From IMG/VR virus record IMGVR_UViG_3300046804_002724, positions 645 through 64,644 of that record: a stretch of 64,000 nt of DNA. One strand, given 5' to 3'. Positions 27,043-37,200 of the stretch are shown piece by piece. A program made the translations under genes and the position numbers. The notes under the pieces are model-generated. The model was given only the letters and a program-made list of their open reading frames with translations. It was not told where the DNA came from and made no database searches. The stretch comes from a virus (Duplodnaviria; Caudoviricetes). Position 1 is the stretch's first letter, and the number at the start of each line of letters is the position of its first letter.

Positions 27043-28374
27043 ATGACCATTGAAAAATCACATTGGTCTTCAAATGGAAATGTTATTAATTTAGCAGTTC
27101 CATTTACGAAGGTCAATAGAGAAAAAAGAACAGTCTCAGGATTTGCTACATTAGACAACCTGGACCAGACTGGTGACGTTGTCACAATGGAAGCAAGCAT
27201 GAAAGCTTTCGAAAATTTCCGTGGTAATTTGAGAGAAATGCATCAACCAACTGCTGTTGGAAAAGTTGTTTCATTTAGACCAGAAACATATTATGATCCA
27301 AAATCAAAACAATTTTACAACGGTGTATATGTAGATGCATACATTTCAAAGGGCGCACAAGATACTTGGGAAAAAGTATTAGATGGAACTCTTCAAGGTT
27401 TTTCAATCGGCGGAAAAATTCTAGATTCAGACAATGAAGTTAATAAAGCTACAGGACAAAGTGTTCGTTTTATTAAAGACTATGCATTAGTAGAGTTATC
27501 AATAGTTGATTCACCAGCAAATGAACTTTGTAACATATTGTCTATTGAAAAAGTAAATGGTCAAATGATTTTTAAGGGTATTGCTGCAGATGTAAAAATG
27601 CAAAACATTTTTTATTGTGCAGATAGTGATTCTGTTTTTATGTCTACAGAATCAGAATATGTTTCTCCCGTAACTGGTAAAAAAACAGAACTTATCGGTT
27701 GGGTTGAATCAAATGATGTAAACAAATCAAAAGAGATAGATAAGATTCTTGATTCTTATAAATCAAGATTGAAAACGTTGCCTGATACACAAATTGCAAA
27801 ACAGGCAAACGCAGAAGGAGGTAATGAAGTGGAAAACGTAGAAGTTACAAATACAGAAGAGACTGTAGAGAAATTACGTGCACCAGAAGCAGCATCAGCT
27901 GCTGAAGAGGTCGCAGTAGTTGAAACTCCATCAGTTGAAAAAGTAGAAGAATCTACAGACGACAACACTTCTGCCGAAGTTCTGGAACAAGCAGCCGATG
28001 TATCAGACGCACAGGACGAAGAGCCTGATTTTGCTAAGATGCTCGGTGACCTTAAGGGTTTCTTCTCAGAGACTTTGGAAAAAGCCTCTGAAGCTAACGC
28101 AGCTCAGGTTACAGCTATTAAAGATACAGTTGAAACTTTTAGCAAGGGCGTAGATGCTCGAATTTCAGAATTAGCAGAAAAACATACAGCACTCTCAGAT
28201 GCAGTCAATGCAATTAAAAATACCATTGATGGCGTAGAAAAGAGAGTAGATGCAGTTGAATCAGAAACTGCAATTAAGAAGTCCTTAGACCTTGGCGGGT
28301 CTCGGGAAGTAACAATAAAAAAATCAAAATGGAACGGCACTTTCCTCGGTTCCGTTAGTGAATTAATAAAATAA
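27043..28374 (+). CDS. Prohead protease fused to an acidic/coiled-coil scaffold
   Basis: VSGFAT..D..GDVV, REMH, GFSIGG and ELSIVDSPAN motifs; acidic C-terminal half. Confidence 0.9.
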   Translation: MTIEKSHWSSNGNVINLAVPFTKVNREKRTVSGFATLDNLDQTGDVVTMEASMKAFENFRGNLREMHQPTAVGKVVSFRPETYYDPKSKQFYNGVYVDAYISKGAQDTWEKVLDGTLQGFSIGGKILDSDNEVNKATGQSVRFIKDYALVELSIVDSPANELCNILSIEKVNGQMIFKGIAADVKMQNIFYCADSDSVFMSTESEYVSPVTGKKTELIGWVESNDVNKSKEIDKILDSYKSRLKTLPDTQIAKQANAEGGNEVENVEVTNTEETVEKLRAPEAASAAEEVAVVETPSVEKVEESTDDNTSAEVLEQAADVSDAQDEEPDFAKMLGDLKGFFSETLEKASEANAAQVTAIKDTVETFSKGVDARISELAEKHTALSDAVNAIKNTIDGVEKRVDAVESETAIKKSLDLGGSREVTIKKSKWNGTFLGSVSELIK

Positions 28375-28391
28375 GGTAGGTGAAAAAACTA

Positions 28392-29426
28392 ATGAGTAAT
28401 GAACTATTAGCTAAAGCAGCAGCAGCTGATGCAACCCTTACAGGTAGCATGGTTGGAGCAGCAGATCCTTCTGACGGTATCCACGTAGGTTCCGAAGGTA
28501 AAGGTGGTTTGCTTAATCCAGAGCAGTCTGCTCGATTCTTAGATTACATGTTCGATGCAACAGTAGTCGGAAAACTAGCACGTACAGTTCGAATGAGAGC
28601 TGATACGACTGAGATTGATCGCATTGGCGTAGGTGAGAAGCTTATGAAGCTTGCTTCAGAAGCTGAAAACACAGGCACAAATGCAGGTGTTACTTTCTCC
28701 AAGATTTCTCTCACAACAAAGAAGCTTCGTCTAGATTGGGAACTCTCAACTGAGTCTCTTGAAGACAATATTGAAGGTGCCGATCTCGAAGACCACATTG
28801 CAAGACTTATGGCAACACAGGCAGGTAATGACCTTGAGGACGTAGTCCTTAATGGAGATACTTCTCTAAGCTCAGACAATCTATACAAGGCTTTTGACGG
28901 TATTGTTAAGATTGCAAAGGCAAACGGCCACGTAGTCGATGCAGATGGAGCAGCAGTTTCACGTGCAGTGTTCAACAGTGCACTTAAGGCTCTCCCACGT
29001 AAGTACAAGCAGCGCAGACCAGATCTTCGCTTCTTGTCAGGATCTAACTTGATTCAGGATTATTTGTATTCAACATCACAAAATATCCAGAACGTCAACC
29101 CACAGGATATTGCAGCAAGCATCATCCGTGGAGATACTGCAGGTCTCGGTGGACCAGCTGGCTTCACAGCACCATTCGCATTTGGTATTCCAATTGTTGA
29201 AGTTCCTTTATTGAAGGAAACTCAAGGCGAATCTGGTAATCTCGGAGATATCCACTTGACATTCCCAAATAACGTTGTTATTGGTATCAAGCGTGACGTA
29301 ACCGTATACCGATTCTTCTGGCCAAAGAAAGACTCAATTGAATATACAATGTATACTCGTGTTGGGTGCCAAATTGAGCAAGCAGATGCATGGGTCGTTG
29401 TTAAGAACGTTCAGGTTGCTTCCTAA
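28392..29426 (+). CDS. Major capsid protein (HK97 fold)
   Basis: GGLLNPEQS.RF, LEDNIEG, and DLE.V.LNGD motifs; position; biased codon usage; terminator follows. The ORF track starts at 28380. Confidence 0.92.
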   Translation: MSNELLAKAAAADATLTGSMVGAADPSDGIHVGSEGKGGLLNPEQSARFLDYMFDATVVGKLARTVRMRADTTEIDRIGVGEKLMKLASEAENTGTNAGVTFSKISLTTKKLRLDWELSTESLEDNIEGADLEDHIARLMATQAGNDLEDVVLNGDTSLSSDNLYKAFDGIVKIAKANGHVVDADGAAVSRAVFNSALKALPRKYKQRRPDLRFLSGSNLIQDYLYSTSQNIQNVNPQDIAASIIRGDTAGLGGPAGFTAPFAFGIPIVEVPLLKETQGESGNLGDIHLTFPNNVVIGIKRDVTVYRFFWPKKDSIEYTMYTRVGCQIEQADAWVVVKNVQVAS

Positions 29427-29451
29427 TTAATAAATAGGAATTAAACTGCTG

Positions 29452-29489
29452 AAAAGCCCCCAAATTAATTTTTGGGGGCTTTTCCTTTT
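29452..29489 (+). terminator. Intrinsic terminator after the capsid gene
   Basis: AAAAGCCCCCAAA...TTTGGGGGCTTTT followed by CCTTTT. Confidence 0.85.
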
Positions 29490-29533
29490 AATTTACTAAT
29501 GATATAATTAATGAACATACCAAAGGAGATAAT

Positions 29534-29932
29534 ATGTCATTTGACACATTAAAGGTAAAAGATTTAAAGCAAATTGCTAATGATTTTGCCGTAGATACAG
29601 ATGGACTAAAGAATAAAGCAGATATTATTGCCGCATTGGCAGAAGAAGGCGTAACGTGGTCCGTTTATAACAATACTAAAAAAAGTATAGAAGATGCTGC
29701 AGAAGATGCACCAGAAATTTTACCAAAGTTTGATCCAAACAAGAAACTTGAAAAAGATACTGTTTTGGTTAGAATGACAAGAAATAATTTTAGATATGAC
29801 ATTAAAGGATTTACTTTTACAAAAGAACATCCTTTTGTGGCTATGAGCCCAGATGTAGCTCAACAAATTTTTGATCAGGAGGAAGGGTTTAGGTTGGCAT
29901 CGCCAAAAGAAGTACAGGAGTACTACAACTAA
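29534..29932 (+). CDS. Head-associated protein with Rho-N/HeH-like N-terminus
   Basis: LKVKDLKQIA..F.V...KNKADIIAAL. Confidence 0.65.
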   Translation: MSFDTLKVKDLKQIANDFAVDTDGLKNKADIIAALAEEGVTWSVYNNTKKSIEDAAEDAPEILPKFDPNKKLEKDTVLVRMTRNNFRYDIKGFTFTKEHPFVAMSPDVAQQIFDQEEGFRLASPKEVQEYYN

Positions 29933-29941
29933 GCCTAATAA

Positions 29942-30922
29942 ATGGCAGAGATACTATTAAATTCTCAATCACCAATAACACACCAAATATTTTGGAATGG
30001 CGATATAGCAATACCAAACGATAACCCAACGGTAGATCTGTATGATATCACCGATGATCCTGCTATAGATCCAGCTATTAACCCAGCAGTTATTTTGGAA
30101 ACATTAGAAACTGTACCAGATGAAAACAATCCAGGCACATATATTGCATATATACCTTTTCAGTATACAAATAGAAATAGAACCCTAAGACTAGTTTGGG
30201 AATATTATATTGGTGAAAAGTATGTGTCTAGATCAGATGAGGTGTTTATAGTAACACCTTATGTTGATTTTAATCATGTGCAAGATTTAGGGTTTAGCAT
30301 AGATTCTTCAGATCCAAACTATAAAACATATAAAGAACTGATTGCAGCAGAAAGATATGCTAGAAAGCAAATAGAGGCTTTTACAGTACAAAAATTTTTC
30401 TTATATGATGATGTGGTAGTTCTTAATGGTTTTGACTCAAATGTTCTTCCTCTTCCATATAAAATAAATAATTTACATGAGCTTTATGCTAATGACTCCC
30501 TACTAGTTAACAATATTTTAAGTATTAATAATTGGGGTTACCCAGTAGAAGTCACCCCAACTGGATATGGTATTAAAGTCAATACATCTTCAATGGTAGA
30601 TAATGCTACGTACATAGCAAACGGAATGGTGGCCCCATCAATATATGATAGTTCTGGGGTATTTAGATCAGATGTTTCGTATAAAGTTCAGGGTAGATTT
30701 GGATGGGAAAAGGTTCCAGATGATGTAGAACTAGCAGCAATTGAATTAATGAAGGATTATTTTGCAAAAGATCAAGTTTGGAAAAATAAATATGTTAAAA
30801 ATATTTCAACATATGATTGGCAATTTGAATTTACGTCAGAAGTCTACACTGGCACAGGAAATGCATACGCAGATAAATTATTAGCAGACTATGTAATGGT
30901 TAGCAAAGTACAGGTAATATAA
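29942..30922 (+). CDS. Head-tail adaptor
   Basis: GW..VPDDVELAAIEL and TGN..AD.LL motifs; position. Confidence 0.75.
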   Translation: MAEILLNSQSPITHQIFWNGDIAIPNDNPTVDLYDITDDPAIDPAINPAVILETLETVPDENNPGTYIAYIPFQYTNRNRTLRLVWEYYIGEKYVSRSDEVFIVTPYVDFNHVQDLGFSIDSSDPNYKTYKELIAAERYARKQIEAFTVQKFFLYDDVVVLNGFDSNVLPLPYKINNLHELYANDSLLVNNILSINNWGYPVEVTPTGYGIKVNTSSMVDNATYIANGMVAPSIYDSSGVFRSDVSYKVQGRFGWEKVPDDVELAAIELMKDYFAKDQVWKNKYVKNISTYDWQFEFTSEVYTGTGNAYADKLLADYVMVSKVQVI

Positions 30923-31350
30923 TGCTTGATTTAATTGATTCTATGCTATCTATGCAATTAGATTTGTATAGACAGTATGAGCAGCAAGATAAAGATACAG
31001 GTGCCATTAAAAGAGAATGGCAATATCAAAGAACTTTAAACTGTTATGCAAAAGGAATTATAAGTAACTCTTCAACAAGTAGATCATCTGACAAACAAAT
31101 ATTATCTAATAAATATTCAAATGAACAAATAATACAAGTTAGAACTTCTGAAAAAATTACGATGCGTGATAAAGTTACAAATATAAGAGATATAAATGGA
31201 AATGTTGTTTGGACTGAATTAAACTATCCAAGTGAAACGCCAACAGTTTTTGAAATTATTGGAGTCACCCCAATAACAGATCCATTTGGCAATACAATAG
31301 GATACAACTCTTCAATGAAGAGATCGGAGAATCAGCAAATTGGCTTCTGA
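30922..31350 (+). CDS. Head closure (stopper) protein
   Basis: Size and synteny. Confidence 0.6.
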   Translation: MLDLIDSMLSMQLDLYRQYEQQDKDTGAIKREWQYQRTLNCYAKGIISNSSTSRSSDKQILSNKYSNEQIIQVRTSEKITMRDKVTNIRDINGNVVWTELNYPSETPTVFEIIGVTPITDPFGNTIGYNSSMKRSENQQIGF

Positions 31351-32131
31351 GGCACTAGCACTTCAAGCTGCAAGCGGACTGGTTAATTTAATGTCTGGGC
31401 AGCCTGTAAGCGGTACCATAAAAGATAGTACGGTTGCACAAATATCAGCAGCAATATTTTATAAAACTAATGTGATGGCTAAGCTTACATCAAATATAGG
31501 ATTTCAAACATTATTTACAAATACAATATTTAATCAGGTAAATAAAGATTTTGGCGAATATATAGATGCAAAAGCAAGAGCAAATAATAGATCATTTCAT
31601 CATATTTATGAATGGGGAAAAACGGGAGATAGTTCCGCTAGACTTTTTAAACTAAATAAAATTTCTCAAGATGGATTATCTTTAAAAATAAATTATGATT
31701 TAATGGATTCTAAATCCTTTGTACCTTCATCAAATTCTAAACGTAGACATGTTTTTATTAAAAAGGCTTCAGTTATGGAAGAAGGAAGATCAGTTGTAAT
31801 TAAACCAAGACATGCCGAACGCCTAGTTTTTGATATAAATGGATATACCGTATTTATGCCAAAAGGAGAATCTGTGACAGTAAATAAACCTGGAGGAGTT
31901 TCTACAAAAAATTCATTTTTATCATCATATAAATATTTTTTTACGGGACAGCTAGTAAATCTTTCAATAAAAAAATCAGGATTTCAAAGAATATTTAATT
32001 CAAAAATGACAAAGGCATTAGATTTGCCAGTACAAATTAAAACAGTCAAATATAAATTTTCTGCAAATAGTGTAGCGGATGAAGCAGATGCAGCATTAAT
32101 TGCAGCATTTGCGGGAGGCATGAATGGTTAA
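31340..32131 (+). CDS. Neck/tail-completion protein
   Basis: Synteny; MEEG..VVIKPR motif. Confidence 0.55.
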   Translation: MASEALALQAASGLVNLMSGQPVSGTIKDSTVAQISAAIFYKTNVMAKLTSNIGFQTLFTNTIFNQVNKDFGEYIDAKARANNRSFHHIYEWGKTGDSSARLFKLNKISQDGLSLKINYDLMDSKSFVPSSNSKRRHVFIKKASVMEEGRSVVIKPRHAERLVFDINGYTVFMPKGESVTVNKPGGVSTKNSFLSSYKYFFTGQLVNLSIKKSGFQRIFNSKMTKALDLPVQIKTVKYKFSANSVADEADAALIAAFAGGMNG

Positions 32132-32633
32132 TTATAAATTAGATGCAATGTTTGAGCTAAGAAAGTACTTATGGGAAAAACTTAAGGACAATAAAATATT
32201 TGACGAGGACGATTATTGGTCGGATAATCTTAATGAAAATATTATCCCAATAGTTCCAGTTCAACAAGCCCCAGAAATGAATCAATTTTTAAGCGGGAAA
32301 AAACACATAGTCTACGATAAAATAGGTATGTCCTATGAGAATAACTGGCTAATATGCTGTGAGCAAATAATATTTACAATATATTCTACAGATCTAATCG
32401 ACATAGTAGAGATTAGAAACTTTATGACAGATGAATTTAGAAGAATGGATGATTCTGCTAGGGATATAAATTACTGGGATAATCTGTCAGATAAGTATAA
32501 ATTCTATAGTATATTTATAGCAGACATATCCCCAACTGCTCCGTCAGAAGAATTGCAAGGCTTTTTTTCTACGGATATAATATTAGAGCTTAAATATTCA
32601 AGAATCACAGATAGTGTGGGCAGATTTGCCTAA
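32124..32633 (+). CDS. Tail terminator-like protein
   Basis: Synteny directly before the tail tube gene. Confidence 0.55.
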   Translation: MVNYKLDAMFELRKYLWEKLKDNKIFDEDDYWSDNLNENIIPIVPVQQAPEMNQFLSGKKHIVYDKIGMSYENNWLICCEQIIFTIYSTDLIDIVEIRNFMTDEFRRMDDSARDINYWDNLSDKYKFYSIFIADISPTAPSEELQGFFSTDIILELKYSRITDSVGRFA

Positions 32634-32736
32634 TTTGCTTTAGGCCATATTGTACCGTAAAATTGGCTATAGAGGAAAGGGCCTAGCCAGCCACAAAATA
32701 TATATATTTATTTCATGAAATAGGAGGTTTAAACTC

Positions 32737-33471
32737 ATGGCAGCACAAAACGTAGGTAATGCTAAAAACATTCTCGTCGGTGCATCACCATTGTTCCTAT
32801 CTGTTGAAGATTCAACAGTTGCAGGTTACGATGAAAGCATGGAAGCAGGTGTAGCGAATACATTCGTATCAAACAAAAATCGTTACGTACCAGCATTTGA
32901 TACAGCAGCTTCTTACACAGATACCCTTAATTCAGTTGCAGTAACGACTGGAGCAACACAGGGAACAACACCAAAGGATGGCGGAGCATACCGCAACGTA
33001 GGTTATACAAACAATGGTCTTCAGATCACTTATAACCCAACATATGATTCAGTAACAGTAGATCAGCTACTTGATACAGCTAAGCTGTTCAAGTCTGCGA
33101 TGGAAGTTATGATTGCAACAGAAATGTCCGAAGGTACATTGGAAAATATTCTTATTGTTTTCGGTCAGGGTAAAGCAACATTAACAGAGGGAGACAACGA
33201 TGAGTTGGGTCTAGAGGCAGGTGCACTTGGTGCAGCTCCAACAGAGCGTCAACTTATTGCAGTAGGAAAAGCTCCAACAAATGCTTCTCCAAATACTGAG
33301 CGTGTATATTATGCACGTCGTGTTCTTTCTGTACAACAGTCACAGTTCTCTTTGGCTCGTACAGCTCCAACAACATTCCCAGTAACATTCCGTCTTCTAC
33401 CATCTGGTGAGTCATCTCATGCAGGTTCAGAATACGGTAAGATTATTGACCGTGCTTGGACACCAGCTTAA
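32737..33471 (+). CDS. Major tail (tube) protein
   Basis: NILVGA..VGYT.NG..VDQL..EGTLEN motifs; strong SD; own promoter (32635-32663) and terminator. Confidence 0.85.
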   Translation: MAAQNVGNAKNILVGASPLFLSVEDSTVAGYDESMEAGVANTFVSNKNRYVPAFDTAASYTDTLNSVAVTTGATQGTTPKDGGAYRNVGYTNNGLQITYNPTYDSVTVDQLLDTAKLFKSAMEVMIATEMSEGTLENILIVFGQGKATLTEGDNDELGLEAGALGAAPTERQLIAVGKAPTNASPNTERVYYARRVLSVQQSQFSLARTAPTTFPVTFRLLPSGESSHAGSEYGKIIDRAWTPA

Positions 33472-33495
33472 TAATTAAATTTAATTATTAAAATT

Positions 33496-33519
33496 AAGGC
33501 CCCCAGAAATGGGGGCTTT
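33496..33519 (+). terminator. Intrinsic terminator after the tail tube gene
   Basis: AAGGCCCCCA-GAAA-TGGGGGCTTT. Confidence 0.8.
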
Positions 33520-33579
33520 AATCATTGTATCTGTAAAATGCTTATGCTATAATAATTAAGATCCTAAAGGAGGATAAAA

Positions 33580-33912
33580 TTGGCTACAAAAGTATATGAT
33601 GTAGAAGAAATTGAATTACAAAATGGCGACAAAGTAAAGTTAAAGCCATTATCAATCAAGCAACTACGTAAGTTTATGGAAGTTGTAAAAAAGACACAAG
33701 ACTCAAATGATGAAAATGTAACACTTGGTATTTTAGTTGAGGCATGCGGTGTAGCATTAGAAACTCAACTTCCCGATCTTGTTGCAGATAGAGACAAACT
33801 AGAAGACGCATTAGACGTTCCAACTATTAATCGCATTCTTGAAGTATGCGGTGGAATTAAGATGGACGACCCAAACCTGATAGCGGCAGCGGTACTGGCT
33901 GGTCAGAACTAG
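33580..33912 (+). CDS. Tail assembly chaperone (G)
   Basis: Lies between tail tube and tape measure; slippery heptamer near the 3' end. Confidence 0.82.
   Translation: MATKVYDVEEIELQNGDKVKLKPLSIKQLRKFMEVVKKTQDSNDENVTLGILVEACGVALETQLPDLVADRDKLEDALDVPTINRILEVCGGIKMDDPNLIAAAVLAGQN
33870..33876 (+). other. -1 programmed ribosomal frameshift site C CCA AAC
   Basis: XXXYYYZ in the correct phase; the -1 frame is open from 33861 to 34241. Confidence 0.8.
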
Positions 33913-34241
33913 ATCTAGCCGCATTAGAGGGTGAAGTATTTCTTCTTGGGCATTGGAAGAATTACGAAGAGTTAGAAGAAAATTTATCAATGCCTGAGCT
34001 CGTTCAAACATTGAAATCAATGAATGAAAAAGAGCATAACCAGCGAAAGTTTACAGCATCATTAAAAGGTATTAACTTAGATGATGCAGTAGAAGAAAAA
34101 GAAGGTCCCACCTTTGATGATATAAAAAGAAGAGCTATGGGAATTAATGCATCACAAGATGATGTGGTTAGTTTACAAGGTTCTTTTGCCAGCGAAGCTG
34201 GATTTGGAATCGGTATGGGGTTGGGATACTCTAAGGAGTAA
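33870..34241 (+). CDS. Tail assembly chaperone frameshift extension (T part of G-T)
   Basis: The -1 frame reads PKPDSGSGTGWSELDLAALEGEVFLLGHWKNYEELEENLSMPEL... and includes ORF 33990-34241. Confidence 0.78.
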   Translation, partial: PKPDSGSGTGWSELDLAALEGEVFLLGHWKNYEELEENLSMPELVQTLKSMNEKEHNQRKFTASLKGINLDDAVEEKEGPTFDDIKRRAMGINASQDDVVSLQGSFASEAGFGIGMGLGYSKE

Positions 34242-34244
34242 TTA

Positions 34245-37200
34245 GTGGCCGACGAGCAAATTGTAACGAGTATAGTTGCCAAAGCTGACTTGTCTAGCCT
34301 TGTGTCTGAAGTACACAGGGCTACCTCTAGTTTACAACAATTACAAAGAGAATTAAACGCATCCAACAGATCTATAGCATCTGCAACTAAAGTTGCTAAT
34401 AATTTATTTAGAGATACACTTGTTGGCAGTGGAATGTTTTCAAGCCACTTTGTTAATTTAAATTCTGATGTTGATAAATTTGGAAAAAATCTTGATGCTG
34501 GAAGATTAAAGCTTAAAGATTATTTTTCTACTTTTCAAACTCATTTAAGAACATCTAAAGGCTATATAAGAGAACTTGCTAAAGAGCAGGTAATGCTTGA
34601 AAATTCTATATTGCAACCATTAGGCAGGAACGCACAAGGCTTAATGCAATATAACGTAATGATTCCAAGAGGCCTGGATTTAGTTAAAAATAGAACTCAA
34701 TTAGCTCGTATGGAAATGCAGATAATGAATAGAGCATTATCTGAAGGAGCAACGTCATTAATTAACTGGGGTAAAAATACTCAGTGGGCAGGTCGTCAGT
34801 TAACCGTAGGTTTAACAGTGCCTCTTTCTATGTTTGGTGCTCAAGCTGCAAAAGCTTTCAGAGAAGCGGACCAAGAATTAACTAGATTAGTTAAAGTTTA
34901 CGGAGATTTATCTGGAGCAACTTCTCAAGAATTAGCACAAATAAGAAAAGATGTTATTACAACTTCTAAAGAATTAGCAAGCGGAATGGGTGTTTCATTT
35001 AAAGAAACAATTGGTCTTGCAGCAGACATTGCAGCAACTGGAAAGCAAGGAAATGAATTACTTGGATCTTTAAAAGAAACAACAAGATTAGCAGTTCTTG
35101 GAGAAGTTGATAGAGCAGAGGCAATGAAGGCTACTCTTGCAATTCAAACTGCATTTAAATCAAACACTAAAGAATTAACAGAATCAATTAACTTTTTAAA
35201 CGCAGTTGAAAACCAGACCTCAACAACTCTTGGCGATCTTGTTGAGGGAATTCCAAAAGCTGGTACTGTTATTAAACAGCTTGGCGGTAGTGTTAAAGAT
35301 CTTGCTTTATATCTTACTGCTATGAAAGAAGGTGGAGTTAGTGCTTCAGAAGGAGCAAACGCCCTAAAGTCTGGACTCGCTTCTATGATTAATCCAACTA
35401 AACAAACAGTAACAATGTTTAAGAGTTTTGGCATAGACGTAATGGGAATGGTTGAACGAAATACTGGCAACACTACAGGCATGATTTTAGAATTGCAAAA
35501 AGCATTAGATGGTTTAGATCCATTAAGTAAAGCAAGAGCACTTGAACAAATGTTTGGTAAATTCCAATTTGCAAGAATGTCTGCATTATTTAATAACCTT
35601 GGAAAACAGGGAAGTCAAACATTACAAGTAATGCAATTAATGAACGCCAGCGCAAAAGATTTAGCAAATGTAGCAAGTCGAGAATTAGGAATGGTAACTG
35701 AATCAGCTTCTGGAAAGTATAGAAGAGCTATCGAAGGATTAAGAGCAAATCTTGCAGATATGGGAGAAGGTTTCTTGGGAATTGCTACTAAATTCATTAA
35801 TGCATTTTCAAAAGTTTTAGAGTTTTTTAATAATTTACCAGAGCCAATTAAAAAAGCAGTTACATATTTAGGTGGATTTACTGCAGTTATTGGACCAGTT
35901 ATTATGTTAACTGGTGTACTTGCAAACTTTTTTGGATATATAACTAAAGGAATAGTTCAGCTAAAAGCATTTTTCCAAAGAGCACATGGATGGAAGATGC
36001 TTACTCCAGAAATGATTGCTACTCAAAAAGCCGCCGAATTAGTAGAAAAATCATTTTATTCAGATGCTCAAGCAGCAGAAGTTTTGCATGGAGCATTAAC
36101 TAAATTAGTTTCAGATTATATGAATTTGCAAACAGCAATGTCAAAAGGATCTGTTCCAGTTAATCCATTAGTTTCAACTTCCGCTGGAAATGTAATAATG
36201 AATCCAATTAGAAGAGAGGTTGATCCTAATAGTCCATATGTTGGCGCAGAAGATACTAGAGCAATGTCTCATATTAACCCAAGAGATATTAACAATCCAG
36301 CTTCTCTTATGGGAGTTGTTCCTGGAGCATTACCAGTAAATAGAGGAATTGCAAAAACTCCACAGATTTATATGCACGATAGATTACCAGATGTTCCTGG
36401 ATTAACAAGTGTTAAGGGGATTTCCACAGGTATAGTTGCTGGTGAAGCAGCAAGATTCCATGCATTAATGGCTACACTTGGAATGCAAACAGAGGCAGAG
36501 GTAGCATCACTTAAAAAAACAATTGCACTTGGCGGTACAGTTAGCTCAGAATTATTAGCAACGTTTGACGACATATTGCCTATGACAACAAGGTTAGCAG
36601 ACAATGCAGCAACTGAATCTGCAGCAATAGTTGCACAATTACGTGCAGGAAAGCTTACTGTAGATCAAGCTAAAACTGAAATTATGGCAATTAATGCACA
36701 ACTTGAAGCTTCGTTGCAATCTGAAATATCTACATATGCATCATCAAGAGGAAGAACAATTGATTTTACAAAAGCACCTTTAATGAATCAGCCAGTTGTT
36801 GATGCTAATGCACAATTTACATTAAGAGATTTGTATAAAAAAGAAGGCAACAAAGCTGTTATGGAAGAATTTGGTAGATTGCGTGGAATTAGAACTTTTG
36901 GCGCACCATATAGCATTCAGACAACAAGGTTTCCTAAATTTGAACAGGGTGGATCTGTTGAAGGGTTTGGCCCAAACAAAACAGTAGTATCAGGATCAAC
37001 ATCAATTAATTATGATGATAGACTTGGTAGAGTTCCACTAGGTGGATATGTATTAAATCAAAGTGCATCGTTAGACTCAGGCAATTCAGATTTAATTGCA
37101 ATGGCACCATATACATTTGAAAATGGTGGAGAAATAACAGCAGCATTAACTCCAGGAGAAGTTGTATTTGGACCTAAAATACATAGGGTTCCAGGTTTAT

